DNA of 64,000 nucleotides from an uncultured Verrucomicrobiota bacterium (lineage in GTDB: Bacteria; Verrucomicrobiota; Kiritimatiellia; RZYC01; CAZAYP01). Numbering within the stretch: position 1 is the stretch's first letter; each line of letters begins with the position of its first letter. The notes under the pieces were generated by a model. The model was not told where the DNA came from and made no database searches. It was given only the letters and a program-made list of their open reading frames with translations. The stretch covers positions 24,956 to 88,955 of the forward strand of contig CAZAYP010000004.1 in NCBI GenBank assembly GCA_964489425.1, read 5' to 3'. A program made the translations under genes and the position numbers. This document shows positions 1-8,820 of this stretch, one piece after another.

Positions 1-1369
1 TAGGTTCAGACAACATTGACCAGAGCGGCTGGAGTTGGAGGGCCGGCACCAAGGGGCGCAGGCCGTGCCCGAGGCCGGCCAGGCTCGCCATCAAAAGCAG
101 CATACCCAAGGCGAACGCCGCCGCGCTCCGGCGCCAGGGCGCAGCGCCCATGACCACAAAGCCCAGCATGCAGCCGGCGGCGGCCATGACCGGCAGGCGC
201 AACCCGGCGAGCGCGCCGGGGAACGGCGCCCACGAGGCGAACAGCAACACGCCGACCGCCACCAGCAGACCGATTCCCAGCACGGCCCGGGTCCAGTTTC
301 GCTGCCAGCGCACGGCTGGCCGCCCCCACACCGGGCCCTGGGCCAGGAGCAGGAAAAACGCCGGGAACGCGGGCATGACGTAGTGCGGGAGTTGGGTGAA
401 ATAGAACGAGAAGAACAGGTAGGTTGAGGCCAGCCAGGACACCAGAAACGCGTTGCGCTCGTTCCAGTCGCGCCGCAGCGCATCCCACGCGCAGCCGGCA
501 TACGCGATCCATGGGAACAAGCTGATGAACGCGGTAATAAAGTAGTAAAACACCATGTAGCCCAGACCGGCGAAAGTTCGGATGCCGCGCTCCAACACGT
601 GCTGCTCCATGCCCACCCGCCAAAACTGGCCGTGCGTTTGCCACAGCGCCGGCACGCCCCACGCGCCGACCAGCGCCAGCATCAGCAGCAACCCCGGCAG
701 CAGGTGCAGGTTGCGCCAGGGCAGCGGCCGCCGCCAGAATACCCAGCGATAAAAGGCCGCCGTGAGCAACGGCACCAGCCAGGCCACCGGCCCCTTGGCC
801 AGAAATCCCACGGCCAGCGCGCCGTAAAGCAATATGCACCAACCCCACCCCGCCCACGCATCGCCGCGCACCGGGCGCAGCAGTTCGAACAGCGCCCATT
901 GCGCCAGCGCCACCATCACCACCATGGGCATGTCAGCCACGGCGCTGCGGCCGTGCATGACGAGTTGGAAGCAGGTGAGCAATCCCAGTGCCGCCAGGAA
1001 CCCGGTCCGGGCATTGAACCAGCGCCGGCCCATGGCATACACCACCCATCCCAGGGCCACGGCCGACATGACGGAATGGACGCGGGCGCCCAACTCGCAG
1101 ACGCCGAAGATACGGTAGCCGAGGCTCATCAGCCAGTACGTGAGGATCGGCTTGTCGAAGCGGTATTCACCATTGAAAAACGGCACGATCCAGTTGCCCG
1201 TGATCAGCATCTGGCGGGTGGCCTCGGCAAAGCGTGGCTCGTCGCGATCAATCAGCGGCAGGGCCGCGGTGCCCGGCCACAGCAAGGCCAGGGCGGCCAC
1301 GGCGAGGACCGCAAGGCCGTACCGCCGCGCCCACGCCTCCAAATGATCAGGGGAATTGTATAGCAGCAT
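1..1369 (-). CDS. PMT_2/ArnT-family membrane glycosyltransferase (GT39/GT83-like). The C-terminus runs off the window start; the ATG is at 1369.
   Basis: Hand translation of the minus strand from 1369 gives MLLYNSPDHLEAW...LIDRDEPRFAEATRQMLITGNWIVPFFNGEYRFDKPILTYWLMSLGYRIFG..., the ArnT/PMT_2 loop-1 motif (DE, KPPL-like, YW). A multi-TM hydrophobic profile follows. The frame was checked at three points (1369, about 1198, about 598, and 58 to 4) and stays open to the window edge. This is why it is missing from the ORF track, which only lists ORFs with both ends inside the window. ORFs 6..899(-) and 599..1363(+) are alternative-frame shadows. Confidence 0.6.
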   Translation of the reverse strand, partial: MLLYNSPDHLEAWARRYGLAVLAVAALALLWPGTAALPLIDRDEPRFAEATRQMLITGNWIVPFFNGEYRFDKPILTYWLMSLGYRIFGVCELGARVHSVMSAVALGWVVYAMGRRWFNARTGFLAALGLLTCFQLVMHGRSAVADMPMVVMVALAQWALFELLRPVRGDAWAGWGWCILLYGALAVGFLAKGPVAWLVPLLTAAFYRWVFWRRPLPWRNLHLLPGLLLMLALVGAWGVPALWQTHGQFWRVGMEQHVLERGIRTFAGLGYMVFYYFITAFISLFPWIAYAGCAWDALRRDWNERNAFLVSWLASTYLFFSFYFTQLPHYVMPAFPAFFLLLAQGPVWGRPAVRWQRNWTRAVLGIGLLVAVGVLLFASWAPFPGALAGLRLPVMAAAGCMLGFVVMGAAPWRRSAAAFALGMLLLMASLAGLGHGLRPLVPALQLQPLWSMLSEP

Positions 1370-1405
1370 GGAACCCGGCCGGCGGCTCACCGGCGCGCAC
1401 CGGCA

Positions 1406-2329
1406 TCACAACTCTTCGCGCACGCCGAGCAACCCCAGCAAGCGGTCCAACTCGTCCGCGGAATGGTAATCGATGGTGATCTGCCCTTTGGCCTTGCGAC
1501 CATTGGCGAGCACGGCGCTTGAGGTAATGCTGACCGCGGTTCCCAAGGTGTGCTGGAGCCGGTCCTGCAGGTAGACCAGGTGGTCTGCCGGCACGTCCGG
1601 ACGCTTTACGCGCGGCCGCCGGGGCGTCCGGCGGGCACGGGCCACGTAGGCTTCCACCTGCCGAACCGAGAGCCCATCCCGCGCCACGCGTTGCGCCAGC
1701 AGTTCCTGTTCGGCCGCGATTTCCAGCCCCAGGATCGCCTTGGCATGGCCGGTGGTAAGGCCGCCGCTCTTGAGCATGTCGCGCGCAATTTCCGGGAGCT
1801 GGAGCAGGCGCAGGGCGTTGGTGACCGAGGCGCGGCCCTTGCCCACCCGCTGGGAGATCTGCTCCTGGGTCATGCCGAAATCGCCGCCCAGGCGGCGGTA
1901 CCCCTCGGCTTCCTCGATCGGGTTGAGATCCTCGCGCTGCAAGTTTTCCACCAGCGCGATCTCCAGCGCTTCGCGATCCGACACCTTGACGACAATGACC
2001 GGCACATCCGCCAGCCCGGCGGCGCGGGCCGCGGTCAGGCGGCGCTCGCCGGCAATCAGCTCGTAGCCGCCGGCCGCCGGCCGCACCAGGAGCGGCTGCA
2101 GCACGCCCATCTCGCGGATGGATTGTACCAGCTCCTCAAGCGCCTCGGCCTGAATCTCCTGGCGGGGCTGCTGGGGGTTGCGCGCGATCTGGTCCACCGC
2201 CACCCGCAGCACACCTGGTTCCCGCGGCGGCGCCGGCGGCGGCGGCGCCGCAACGGGCCGGGGCGCGCCATCCTGGATCAACGCGTCCAACCCGCGGCCC
2301 AAACCTGCTCTTTTCGGCGCCATACGCAC
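1406..2329 (-). CDS. parB: Chromosome partitioning protein ParB/Spo0J
   Basis: N-terminal GLGRGLDALI motif, ParB box GERRLTAARAAGL, HTH region, C-terminal dimerisation region. 307 aa. Confidence 0.85.
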   Translation of the reverse strand: MRMAPKRAGLGRGLDALIQDGAPRPVAAPPPPAPPREPGVLRVAVDQIARNPQQPRQEIQAEALEELVQSIREMGVLQPLLVRPAAGGYELIAGERRLTAARAAGLADVPVIVVKVSDREALEIALVENLQREDLNPIEEAEGYRRLGGDFGMTQEQISQRVGKGRASVTNALRLLQLPEIARDMLKSGGLTTGHAKAILGLEIAAEQELLAQRVARDGLSVRQVEAYVARARRTPRRPRVKRPDVPADHLVYLQDRLQHTLGTAVSITSSAVLANGRKAKGQITIDYHSADELDRLLGLLGVREEL

Positions 2330-2491
2330 TCCTTTGCCCGGATCCCGGCCAGCGTACCGGGCTGGTTTTCACGTTTTATGCGGCTGAAACTGGAGGGCGA
2401 ATCTAGCGGATCGTGGGGCCTAAAAAAAGCTTCTTTTTCTGGCTGTCACGGGCGCGGACGGGCGCGGCCACAATTTCATCCACTTACCATC

Positions 2492-2519
2492 TTGACTTCA
2501 GCCGGGCGGTGGTATAGAA
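2492..2519 (+). promoter_or_regulatory. Putative sigma70-type promoter for pckG (TTGACT-16 nt-TATAGA)
   Basis: TTGACT at 2492-2497 and TATAGA at 2514-2519, about 135 bp upstream of the pckG start, in the divergent parB/pckG intergenic region. Pattern match only. Confidence 0.3.
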
Positions 2520-2653
2520 AGCCCCGCCAAGTTGCCGGCAGGTAAGTAAGGGCTGGAGGAATCCGTCAGCCGTGAACAGGCCGGTGCGTTGGCCCGCCCA
2601 AGGCCCCGTGCCGTTCCGCTTGCGGCACGACGTCAGTTCGACAGAGCAATCAA

Positions 2654-4477
2654 ATGGAGAACACAGCGATGACTGTTATATGCAAGAACCAGAAGCTCAT
2701 CAACTGGGTAGCCGACGTCCATGCCATGGTCAAGCCCGACCAGGTGGTATGGTGCGACGGGTCCAAGGCCGAATATGACGCCCTGATTAAGACCATGGTT
2801 GATTCCGGCATGGCGACTCCGCTCGCCAAGCGCCCGAACAGCTACCTGTTCCGCAGCCATCCCAGCGACGTGGCGCGCGTCGAGGACCGCACGTATATTG
2901 CGAGCCGCACGCAGGACGCGGCCGGGCCGACCAACAACTGGATTGATCCGGACGAACTGAAAAAAACCATGCGCGGGCTGTACGATGGCTGCATGCGCGG
3001 CCGCACCATGTACGTCATCCCCTTCAGCATGGGCCCGATCGGGTCGCCCATCTCGAAGATCGGCGTGGAGATTACCGATTCGCCGTATGTCGTGGTCAAC
3101 ATGCACATCATGACGCGCGTGGGCGACCAGGTGATCGCGGCCCTGGGAGAGAACGGTGACTTCATCCCCTGCGTCCACTCCGTGGGCGCCCCGCTGCAAC
3201 CCGGCCAACAGGACAGCACCTGGCCGTGCGCGCCGATCGAGAAGAAGTACATCGCGCACTTCCCGGAAGAGAACCTGATCTGGTCCTACGGCTCGGGCTA
3301 CGGCGGCAACGCCCTGCTGGGCAAGAAATGCCTGGCGCTACGAATCGCCTCCACCATGGCCCGCCGCGAAGGATGGATGGCCGAGCACATGCTCATCCTG
3401 CGCCTGACCAGCCCGGAAGGGAAGCGGTTTCACATCGCGGCGGCCTTTCCAAGCGCCTGCGGGAAAACCAATCTCGCCATGCTCCAGCCCACGATCCCGG
3501 GATGGAAATGCGAGTGCATCGGTGATGATATCGCCTGGATGAAGATTGCTCCAGACGGCCGCCTGCATGCGATCAATCCGGAAGCCGGCTTCTTCGGCGT
3601 GGCGCCGGGCACCAGCTTCAAGTCCAATCCCATGGCCATGGCCACGATCAAATCCAACACCATCTTCACCAACTGCGTCCTGACCGACGATGGCGACGTC
3701 TGGTGGGAAGACATGGACAACCCCTGCCTGCACGGCATTGACTGGAAAGGCAAGGAATGGACGCCCGCCATGAAGGATGCGGACGGCAAGCCCGTCAAGG
3801 GCGCGCATCCCAACGCGCGGTTCACCGCGCCGGCACGGCAATGCCCGGTGATTTGTGCGGACTGGGAGAATCCGGCCGGCGTGCCGATCGACATCTTCAT
3901 CTTCGGCGGCCGCCGGTCCGCGCTGGTGCCGTTGGTGAGCCAGGCCTACAGCTGGGATCACGGGGTCTACATGGGCGCCACGGCCGCGTCGGAGGCCACG
4001 GCGGCCGCGCTGGACGTCAAGAAGGCGATTCGGCGCGACCCGATGGCCATGCTGCCGTTCTGCGGCTACCACATCGGCGATTACTGGCAGCACTGGTTCA
4101 GCATGGGCGACAAGCTCGGCGCCAAAGCGCCCCATATCTTCTATGTGAACTGGTTCAGGAAGTCGCCAACCGGAAAATGGCTATGGCCGGGGTTCGGCGA
4201 CAACAGCCGCGTCCTGAAATGGATGTGCGAGCGCGTGGAAGGCAAGGTCGGCGCGCTGGAGACGCCCATCGGGTTAGTGCCGAACCAGGGCGACCTGGAT
4301 GTCAGCGGCCTCAACATGGACGAGGCTTCGGTATCCGAGTTGCTCCGCATCGACGTGGACGGCTGGAAAAGCGAGGTTCCGGAAATCCAGGCGTACCTCA
4401 ACTCCGCCGGTTCCCGATTGCCGGCGCGGATGAAGGAGCAGCTATCCGCGCTCAAGACGCGGCTTGGTTGTGGTTAA
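2654..4477 (+). CDS. pckG: Phosphoenolpyruvate carboxykinase (GTP)
   Basis: 607 aa. GTP-PEPCK family hallmarks across the full length (N-terminal LINWV...VWCDGS, kinase-1a type [28 protein letters not shown]-loop region, C-terminal guanine-binding region). Confidence 0.95.
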   Translation: MENTAMTVICKNQKLINWVADVHAMVKPDQVVWCDGSKAEYDALIKTMVDSGMATPLAKRPNSYLFRSHPSDVARVEDRTYIASRTQDAAGPTNNWIDPDELKKTMRGLYDGCMRGRTMYVIPFSMGPIGSPISKIGVEITDSPYVVVNMHIMTRVGDQVIAALGENGDFIPCVHSVGAPLQPGQQDSTWPCAPIEKKYIAHFPEENLIWSYGSGYGGNALLGKKCLALRIASTMARREGWMAEHMLILRLTSPEGKRFHIAAAFPSACGKTNLAMLQPTIPGWKCECIGDDIAWMKIAPDGRLHAINPEAGFFGVAPGTSFKSNPMAMATIKSNTIFTNCVLTDDGDVWWEDMDNPCLHGIDWKGKEWTPAMKDADGKPVKGAHPNARFTAPARQCPVICADWENPAGVPIDIFIFGGRRSALVPLVSQAYSWDHGVYMGATAASEATAAALDVKKAIRRDPMAMLPFCGYHIGDYWQHWFSMGDKLGAKAPHIFYVNWFRKSPTGKWLWPGFGDNSRVLKWMCERVEGKVGALETPIGLVPNQGDLDVSGLNMDEASVSELLRIDVDGWKSEVPEIQAYLNSAGSRLPARMKEQLSALKTRLGCG

Positions 4478-4506
4478 GCGTTCTTGTGCCCTATCCGCGG
4501 GATCTA

Positions 4507-4529
4507 CCGGCAAGCCGACGGGTTGCCGG
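4507..4529 (+). terminator. GC-rich hairpin between convergent pckG and nuclease genes (ccggcaa-9 nt-ttgccgg)
   Basis: Perfect 7-bp stem with a 9-nt loop, 30 bp after the pckG stop and 8 bp before the nuclease stop. No U-tract on either side, so it is not a canonical intrinsic terminator. Confidence 0.3.
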
Positions 4530-4536
4530 CCGTGGG

Positions 4537-5130
4537 CTACTTGGTCCGGGTGAACCCGTAAAAGCCCTTGCGCTGCTGCTGGGCCTGCACATTGACCTGG
4601 GCGTAGTGCTCTTTGCGCGGGTGGGGTTCAGGGCGGGGATACACCAAGCCATTGCGCAACAGCATTTCGCCCACGTCCTTGCCGTTACGCTCAATGTAGG
4701 CTAACAGGCGGCCGAACGAATCGTACTCCACCCGGCCGGTGGGGAAAACCAGGTCCACATTCTGTCCGACCAACCGGCCGTTGAGTTCCGTGATGACCAA
4801 CTGGCTGACCTGCATGAGGCTGCCGGCCTGAATCTTCAACATCTTGGCCTGGTCGTTAAGTTTCTTGCCTTCCTTCTTTTCCGGCGCGTCGATCCCGGCA
4901 AACCGCACTTTTTCCTTGGCGCCCTTCCACTCGACTTCGATCGTGTCCGGATCCAGGATGCGCAGGCACTTGGCGGAGATGGCCGTGCGGCCGGAAGATT
5001 TCCACTGGTGATAATAGTAGCCGCCAGCGAACCCCAGCGAGGCGCACAGGAGCGCCACAAGGACCACGACAACTACATGGCCACTGCGGCGGCAAATCAT
5101 GATGCGATCCGAACCCGTAACCGATTTCAT
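4537..5130 (-). CDS. Thermonuclease (SNase/micrococcal-nuclease-like) family protein with an N-terminal TM or signal segment
   Basis: Internal Met MKSVTGSDRIM... (ATG at 5130) followed by the hydrophobic run VVVVVLVALLCASLGF. VRFAGIDAPE matches the staphylococcal-nuclease active-site region (IRLxGIDAPE). The longer ORF start at 5427 adds an implausible low-complexity N-terminus. Confidence 0.6.
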   Translation of the reverse strand: MKSVTGSDRIMICRRSGHVVVVVLVALLCASLGFAGGYYYHQWKSSGRTAISAKCLRILDPDTIEVEWKGAKEKVRFAGIDAPEKKEGKKLNDQAKMLKIQAGSLMQVSQLVITELNGRLVGQNVDLVFPTGRVEYDSFGRLLAYIERNGKDVGEMLLRNGLVYPRPEPHPRKEHYAQVNVQAQQQRKGFYGFTRTK

Positions 5131-5242
5131 TCCATAGGAATAAATACCCTGGCCGCCGCTTCTTGTATGGAGGAATGCCGGCCATTTCCCGGATTGCGGA
5201 AAAAACTGTATTCCGCGGCCGTCCTCATTACACTGTGGCGTT

Positions 5243-6208
5243 ATGTTGAGCGTTGAACATCTGGCCGTGGCCTTTGACACCGATGACGGGCCGTTGACCG
5301 CCGTGGACGACGTGAGCTTCGCGGTGGCGCCAGGCGAGGTGGTGGGCCTGGTGGGCGAGTCCGGTTGCGGGAAAACCGTGACCGCGCTGAGCCTGGTGCG
5401 CCTGCTGCCGACGCCGCCGGGACGCATCGCGGCCGGGCGGGTGCTGTTTCACGGCGCGGACCTGCTCACCTTGCCGATCCGCAAACTAAGAGATCTGCGC
5501 GGCCGGGCCATCAGCTTCATTTTCCAGGAACCCATGACCGCGCTTTCGCCCCTGCACCGGATCGGATGGCAGATGGTGGAGACGCTGCAGTTTCACCGCC
5601 GGATCACGCGGCGGATGGCCTGGAGCCTGTCCGCGGAGTGGCTGGTGCGCGTCGGGCTCCCGGACCCCGGGCGCCAGATGTACGCGTATCCCCACCAACT
5701 CTCCGGCGGCATGCGGCAGCGCGCGATGATCGCCATGGCGCTGATGCTCGAGCCGGAGCTGGTCATCGCGGATGAGCCCACCACCGCGCTGGACGTCACC
5801 ATCCAGGCGCAGATCCTTGAGCTCATGCAGCAGATGAAAACCCGGGACATGGCCATGCTGCTGATCACCCATGACATGGGCGTGGTCCGCGAGATGTGCG
5901 ACCGCGTGGCCGTGATGTATGCCGCGGAAATCGTGGAGTCCGGCCCGGCCCGCGACCTGTTCCACCACCCCCTGCACCCGTACACCGAGGCCCTGCTCAA
6001 GTCGATCCCGCCGCTGGCCGGCCCGCGCGCCGCGCTGCCGGCCATTGCGGGCCAGGTGCCGTCGGCCCTGGCGTTGCCCGCGGGCTGCCGCTTCCATGAC
6101 CGTTGCCCCTTTGCCATGGACCAATGCCGGCGCGCGCGGCCGCCCCGGGACATCCTGGGCGATCGGGAATGCGCCTGTTTCCTGACCCGGGAGCGCCATG
6201 CCGCCTGA
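5243..6208 (+). CDS. Oligopeptide/dipeptide ABC transporter ATP-binding protein (DppD/OppD-like)
   Basis: Walker A GESGCGKT, signature LSGGMRQR, Walker B LVIADEPTTALD, C-terminal oligopeptide-ABC extension with CxFHxRCP motif. Confidence 0.9.
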   Translation: MLSVEHLAVAFDTDDGPLTAVDDVSFAVAPGEVVGLVGESGCGKTVTALSLVRLLPTPPGRIAAGRVLFHGADLLTLPIRKLRDLRGRAISFIFQEPMTALSPLHRIGWQMVETLQFHRRITRRMAWSLSAEWLVRVGLPDPGRQMYAYPHQLSGGMRQRAMIAMALMLEPELVIADEPTTALDVTIQAQILELMQQMKTRDMAMLLITHDMGVVREMCDRVAVMYAAEIVESGPARDLFHHPLHPYTEALLKSIPPLAGPRAALPAIAGQVPSALALPAGCRFHDRCPFAMDQCRRARPPRDILGDRECACFLTRERHAA

Positions 6209-7184
6209 AGCGCCGCTGCTGGAGCTCGACCGGCTGCAGACCTGGTTTCCGATCCGCCGCGGGCTGTTCAGCCGCGTCACGGGCCACGTGCGGGCCGTGG
6301 ACGGCGTGTCCCTGCGCGTGCAGCCCGGCGAGACGTTGGGGCTGGTGGGCGAATCCGGCTGCGGCAAGACCACGCTGGCGCGCACCGTCATGCTGCTGGA
6401 GCAGCCGACCGGCGGCCGGCTGCGGTTCCGGGGCGCGGACCTGCCGACGCTGGCGCCGGCCGCGCTGCGCGCCATGCGCCGCCATCTGCAGATGATATTC
6501 CAGGACCCGATGGCCGCGCTCAACCCGCGCCTGACCACCCTCGACATCGTGGCCGAAGGCCTGCTGGAGCATGGCCTGGCCACGCGCCATGACAAGGCGG
6601 ACCAGGTGATCCGGATCCTGGCCGAAGTCGGGCTGGGCGCCGACACCCTGCACCGTTACCCGCACGAATTCTCCGGCGGCCAGCGCCAGCGCATCTGCCT
6701 GGCGCGGGCGCTGGCCCTCAAGCCCGACCTGGTCCTGTGCGATGAAGCCGTGAGCGCGCTGGATGTTTCCGTGCGCGCCCAGGTGCTGAACCTGTTCGCG
6801 GACCTGCGGGCCAAGCACCGGCTGGCCTACCTTTTTATCTCCCACGACCTGAGCGTGGTCCGGCACCTGGCGGACCGCATTGCCGTCATGTACCTGGGCC
6901 GGATTGTCGAGCAAGGGCCGGCCGTGGATTTGATCGCCCAGCCCCGGCACCCCTACACGCGGGCGTTGATTTCCGCCATCCCGCGAACCGATGGCCAGGG
7001 CCGAACACGGATCATCCTGGCCGGTGACGTCCCCTCCCCGGCCCGGCCGCCGGCCGGATGCCGGTTCCATCCCCGCTGCCCGCATGCGGTGGCCATCTGC
7101 CGCGAACAGGACCCGGCGCTGGAAGACTGCCCGCAAGCTGGCGTCGGCCGCCAGGTTGCCTGCCTGCGCAAGGACGAGCTGTGA
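6198..7184 (+). CDS. Oligopeptide/dipeptide ABC transporter ATP-binding protein (DppF/OppF-like)
   Basis: Walker A GESGCGKTT, signature FSGGQRQR, Walker B LVLCDEAVSALD, C-terminal CRFHPRCP motif. Overlaps the upstream ATPase gene by 11 nt. Confidence 0.9.
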   Translation: MPPEAPLLELDRLQTWFPIRRGLFSRVTGHVRAVDGVSLRVQPGETLGLVGESGCGKTTLARTVMLLEQPTGGRLRFRGADLPTLAPAALRAMRRHLQMIFQDPMAALNPRLTTLDIVAEGLLEHGLATRHDKADQVIRILAEVGLGADTLHRYPHEFSGGQRQRICLARALALKPDLVLCDEAVSALDVSVRAQVLNLFADLRAKHRLAYLFISHDLSVVRHLADRIAVMYLGRIVEQGPAVDLIAQPRHPYTRALISAIPRTDGQGRTRIILAGDVPSPARPPAGCRFHPRCPHAVAICREQDPALEDCPQAGVGRQVACLRKDEL

Positions 7185-7195
7185 CCCTGCGCCGC

Positions 7196-7852
7196 ATGCT
7201 CAGGCGCCTGCTGCGCGCGCTGGCCGCCATGGCCGCCGCGCTCGGCCTGCTGACTGTGGCGGTGGCGATCTGGGGGGTTCCCCGGCCCGTGGTGCAGTGG
7301 TTGAGCGCGGACCGGCTCCCGGACGGCATGGCCCCGGACTACATCATCGTCCTCGGCGGCGGCGGGATTCCCAGCGAGTCCGGCCTGATCCGCTGCTACT
7401 ATGGGGCCGCGGCGGCAAACAAATACACCAACGCCGCGATCGTCGTCAGCCTGCTCTGCGATTATGATCCAGACCAGCACGGCGTGGGACACATGCGCGA
7501 TGAACTGGTGCTGCGCGGCGTGGCGGCCGGCCGCATCCAGCTCGAAACCCGGGCGCGGAACACGCATGAGCAGGCGGCCAACATCCTGGCCTTGTTGGGC
7601 GCCGCCGCCAAGGACCGACCCGTGCTGCTGGTCACCTCGCGGCTGCACTTGCGCCGCAGCCTGGGCAGCTTCCGGCGGGTGGGCTTCACGACGGTGTATG
7701 GCGTTTCCACCCGGCCCGCGCCCGACGAGGGCGACCCCGGACGGTGGACCTTCCTGCGCTATGATCTGTGGCAGCACCTGGACACGGCCGTGGAATGCGC
7801 GCGGGAGCTGTGCGCGCTGCTGTATTACAAGGCCCGCGGCTGGACGGGCTGA
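7196..7852 (+). CDS. DUF218 (YdcF/SanA/ElyC-like) domain protein
   Basis: N-terminal TM, then YIIVLGGGG and HMRDE...L motifs typical of DUF218. Start placed at the ATG right after the upstream stop; the longer ORF from 7058 overlaps the ATPase gene. Confidence 0.6.
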   Translation: MLRRLLRALAAMAAALGLLTVAVAIWGVPRPVVQWLSADRLPDGMAPDYIIVLGGGGIPSESGLIRCYYGAAAANKYTNAAIVVSLLCDYDPDQHGVGHMRDELVLRGVAAGRIQLETRARNTHEQAANILALLGAAAKDRPVLLVTSRLHLRRSLGSFRRVGFTTVYGVSTRPAPDEGDPGRWTFLRYDLWQHLDTAVECARELCALLYYKARGWTG

Positions 7853-7880
7853 TACCATCCAGATCAGTACCGATCCGCCG

Positions 7881-8786
7881 TCAGTGCGCCGGGAGCGGGC
7901 GGGTCGAGGGCGAGACCACGACCTGGCTGCCGCCGATTTTTTGCTCCAGCGAATCCCGCAGGCGGTCGATCACCACCTGGACCTCGGCCATGGAACGCGC
8001 GCCATCGAACTCGAGGAAGATCTCGATGAAGATATCACCGCCCGACCGGCGCGAGCGCACCCCGTGGAACTTGACATACTCGTCGAAAAACGCCACCAGC
8101 TCGCGCACAATGATCATCTGCAATTCTTCTTCCAGCGTCCGGTCCATCAGGTCATACACCGTGTGCGCCACGACGCTGTACACCGAGAACACCAGGAATC
8201 CGACAATCACGAACGAGGCCGCGGGATCAATGTACGCGGACCATGCGTAGCCGCGCAGGGCATGACTCAGCACCAGCGCCAGTAGCACCGTGCCATCGGA
8301 AAACGCCTTGGCCCGGAACAGGCGCCACTGCGACTCCATCACCGGCGAGTAGGCGCGGCGCGCCACCGTGCGGTTCCGGAACCACAGCCAGGTGTTGACC
8401 ACCACGCCCAGCGTCATCATGACCGAGCCCAGCCACAAGCCGCCCGGATGCAGGAACTGCGGGTGCCGCAGGCGCTCGACGGCCGTGACCAGGACAATCA
8501 GCAGGGACACCAGCATGAACCCGGCCACGATCAGGCTGCTAAGGTTCTCCAGCTTGCCAATCCCGTAGTTGTACACGTGATGCTTGTTGCGGGCGACACG
8601 CACGATGGTGAGCCAGGCAAGGAACGTCGCCAACAGTTCCGTGGCGCACTTGAGCACATCGGCCAGCAGCGTAATGGAACTGGCCATGACCGCGGCCACG
8701 ATGTCCGGCAGCAGGAGCACGAAATCCACAACCAGGCTCAGCAGGATCGAGCGGCTTTTTTCCGCGTACCCGCGGCTGGCCGGCAT
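7881..8786 (-). CDS. Cation diffusion facilitator (CDF) family metal efflux transporter
   Basis: Six predicted TM helices. C-terminal cytoplasmic domain (IFIEIFLEFDG...EVQVVIDRLRDSL) typical of the CDF family. Start set at MPASRGY (ATG at 8786), immediately after the stop of the upstream GT gene. Confidence 0.65.
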   Translation of the reverse strand: MPASRGYAEKSRSILLSLVVDFVLLLPDIVAAVMASSITLLADVLKCATELLATFLAWLTIVRVARNKHHVYNYGIGKLENLSSLIVAGFMLVSLLIVLVTAVERLRHPQFLHPGGLWLGSVMMTLGVVVNTWLWFRNRTVARRAYSPVMESQWRLFRAKAFSDGTVLLALVLSHALRGYAWSAYIDPAASFVIVGFLVFSVYSVVAHTVYDLMDRTLEEELQMIIVRELVAFFDEYVKFHGVRSRRSGGDIFIEIFLEFDGARSMAEVQVVIDRLRDSLEQKIGGSQVVVSPSTRPLPAH

Positions 8787-8820
8787 ATGTAGCGAATGGC
8801 TCACGGATGAGGCGGGTGCG

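Noticed and set aside
6-899. 297-aa minus-strand ORF (and 599..1363 on the plus strand) covering the first 1.4 kb
   Set aside because: Gly/Ala/Arg-rich low-complexity translations typical of off-frame reads in high-GC DNA. A different minus-strand frame gives a coherent ArnT/PMT_2-like membrane protein that runs off the window edge.
2365-2380. parS-like sequence GGTTTTCACGTTTTAT upstream of parB
   Set aside because: Only the 8-bp core half matches the 16-bp parS palindrome, which is too weak to call a site. Kept only as a note in the findings.
5486-7136. Long antisense ORFs (386 and 379 aa) across the two ABC ATPase genes
   Set aside because: Shadow ORFs. The sense frames carry Walker A, signature and Walker B motifs.
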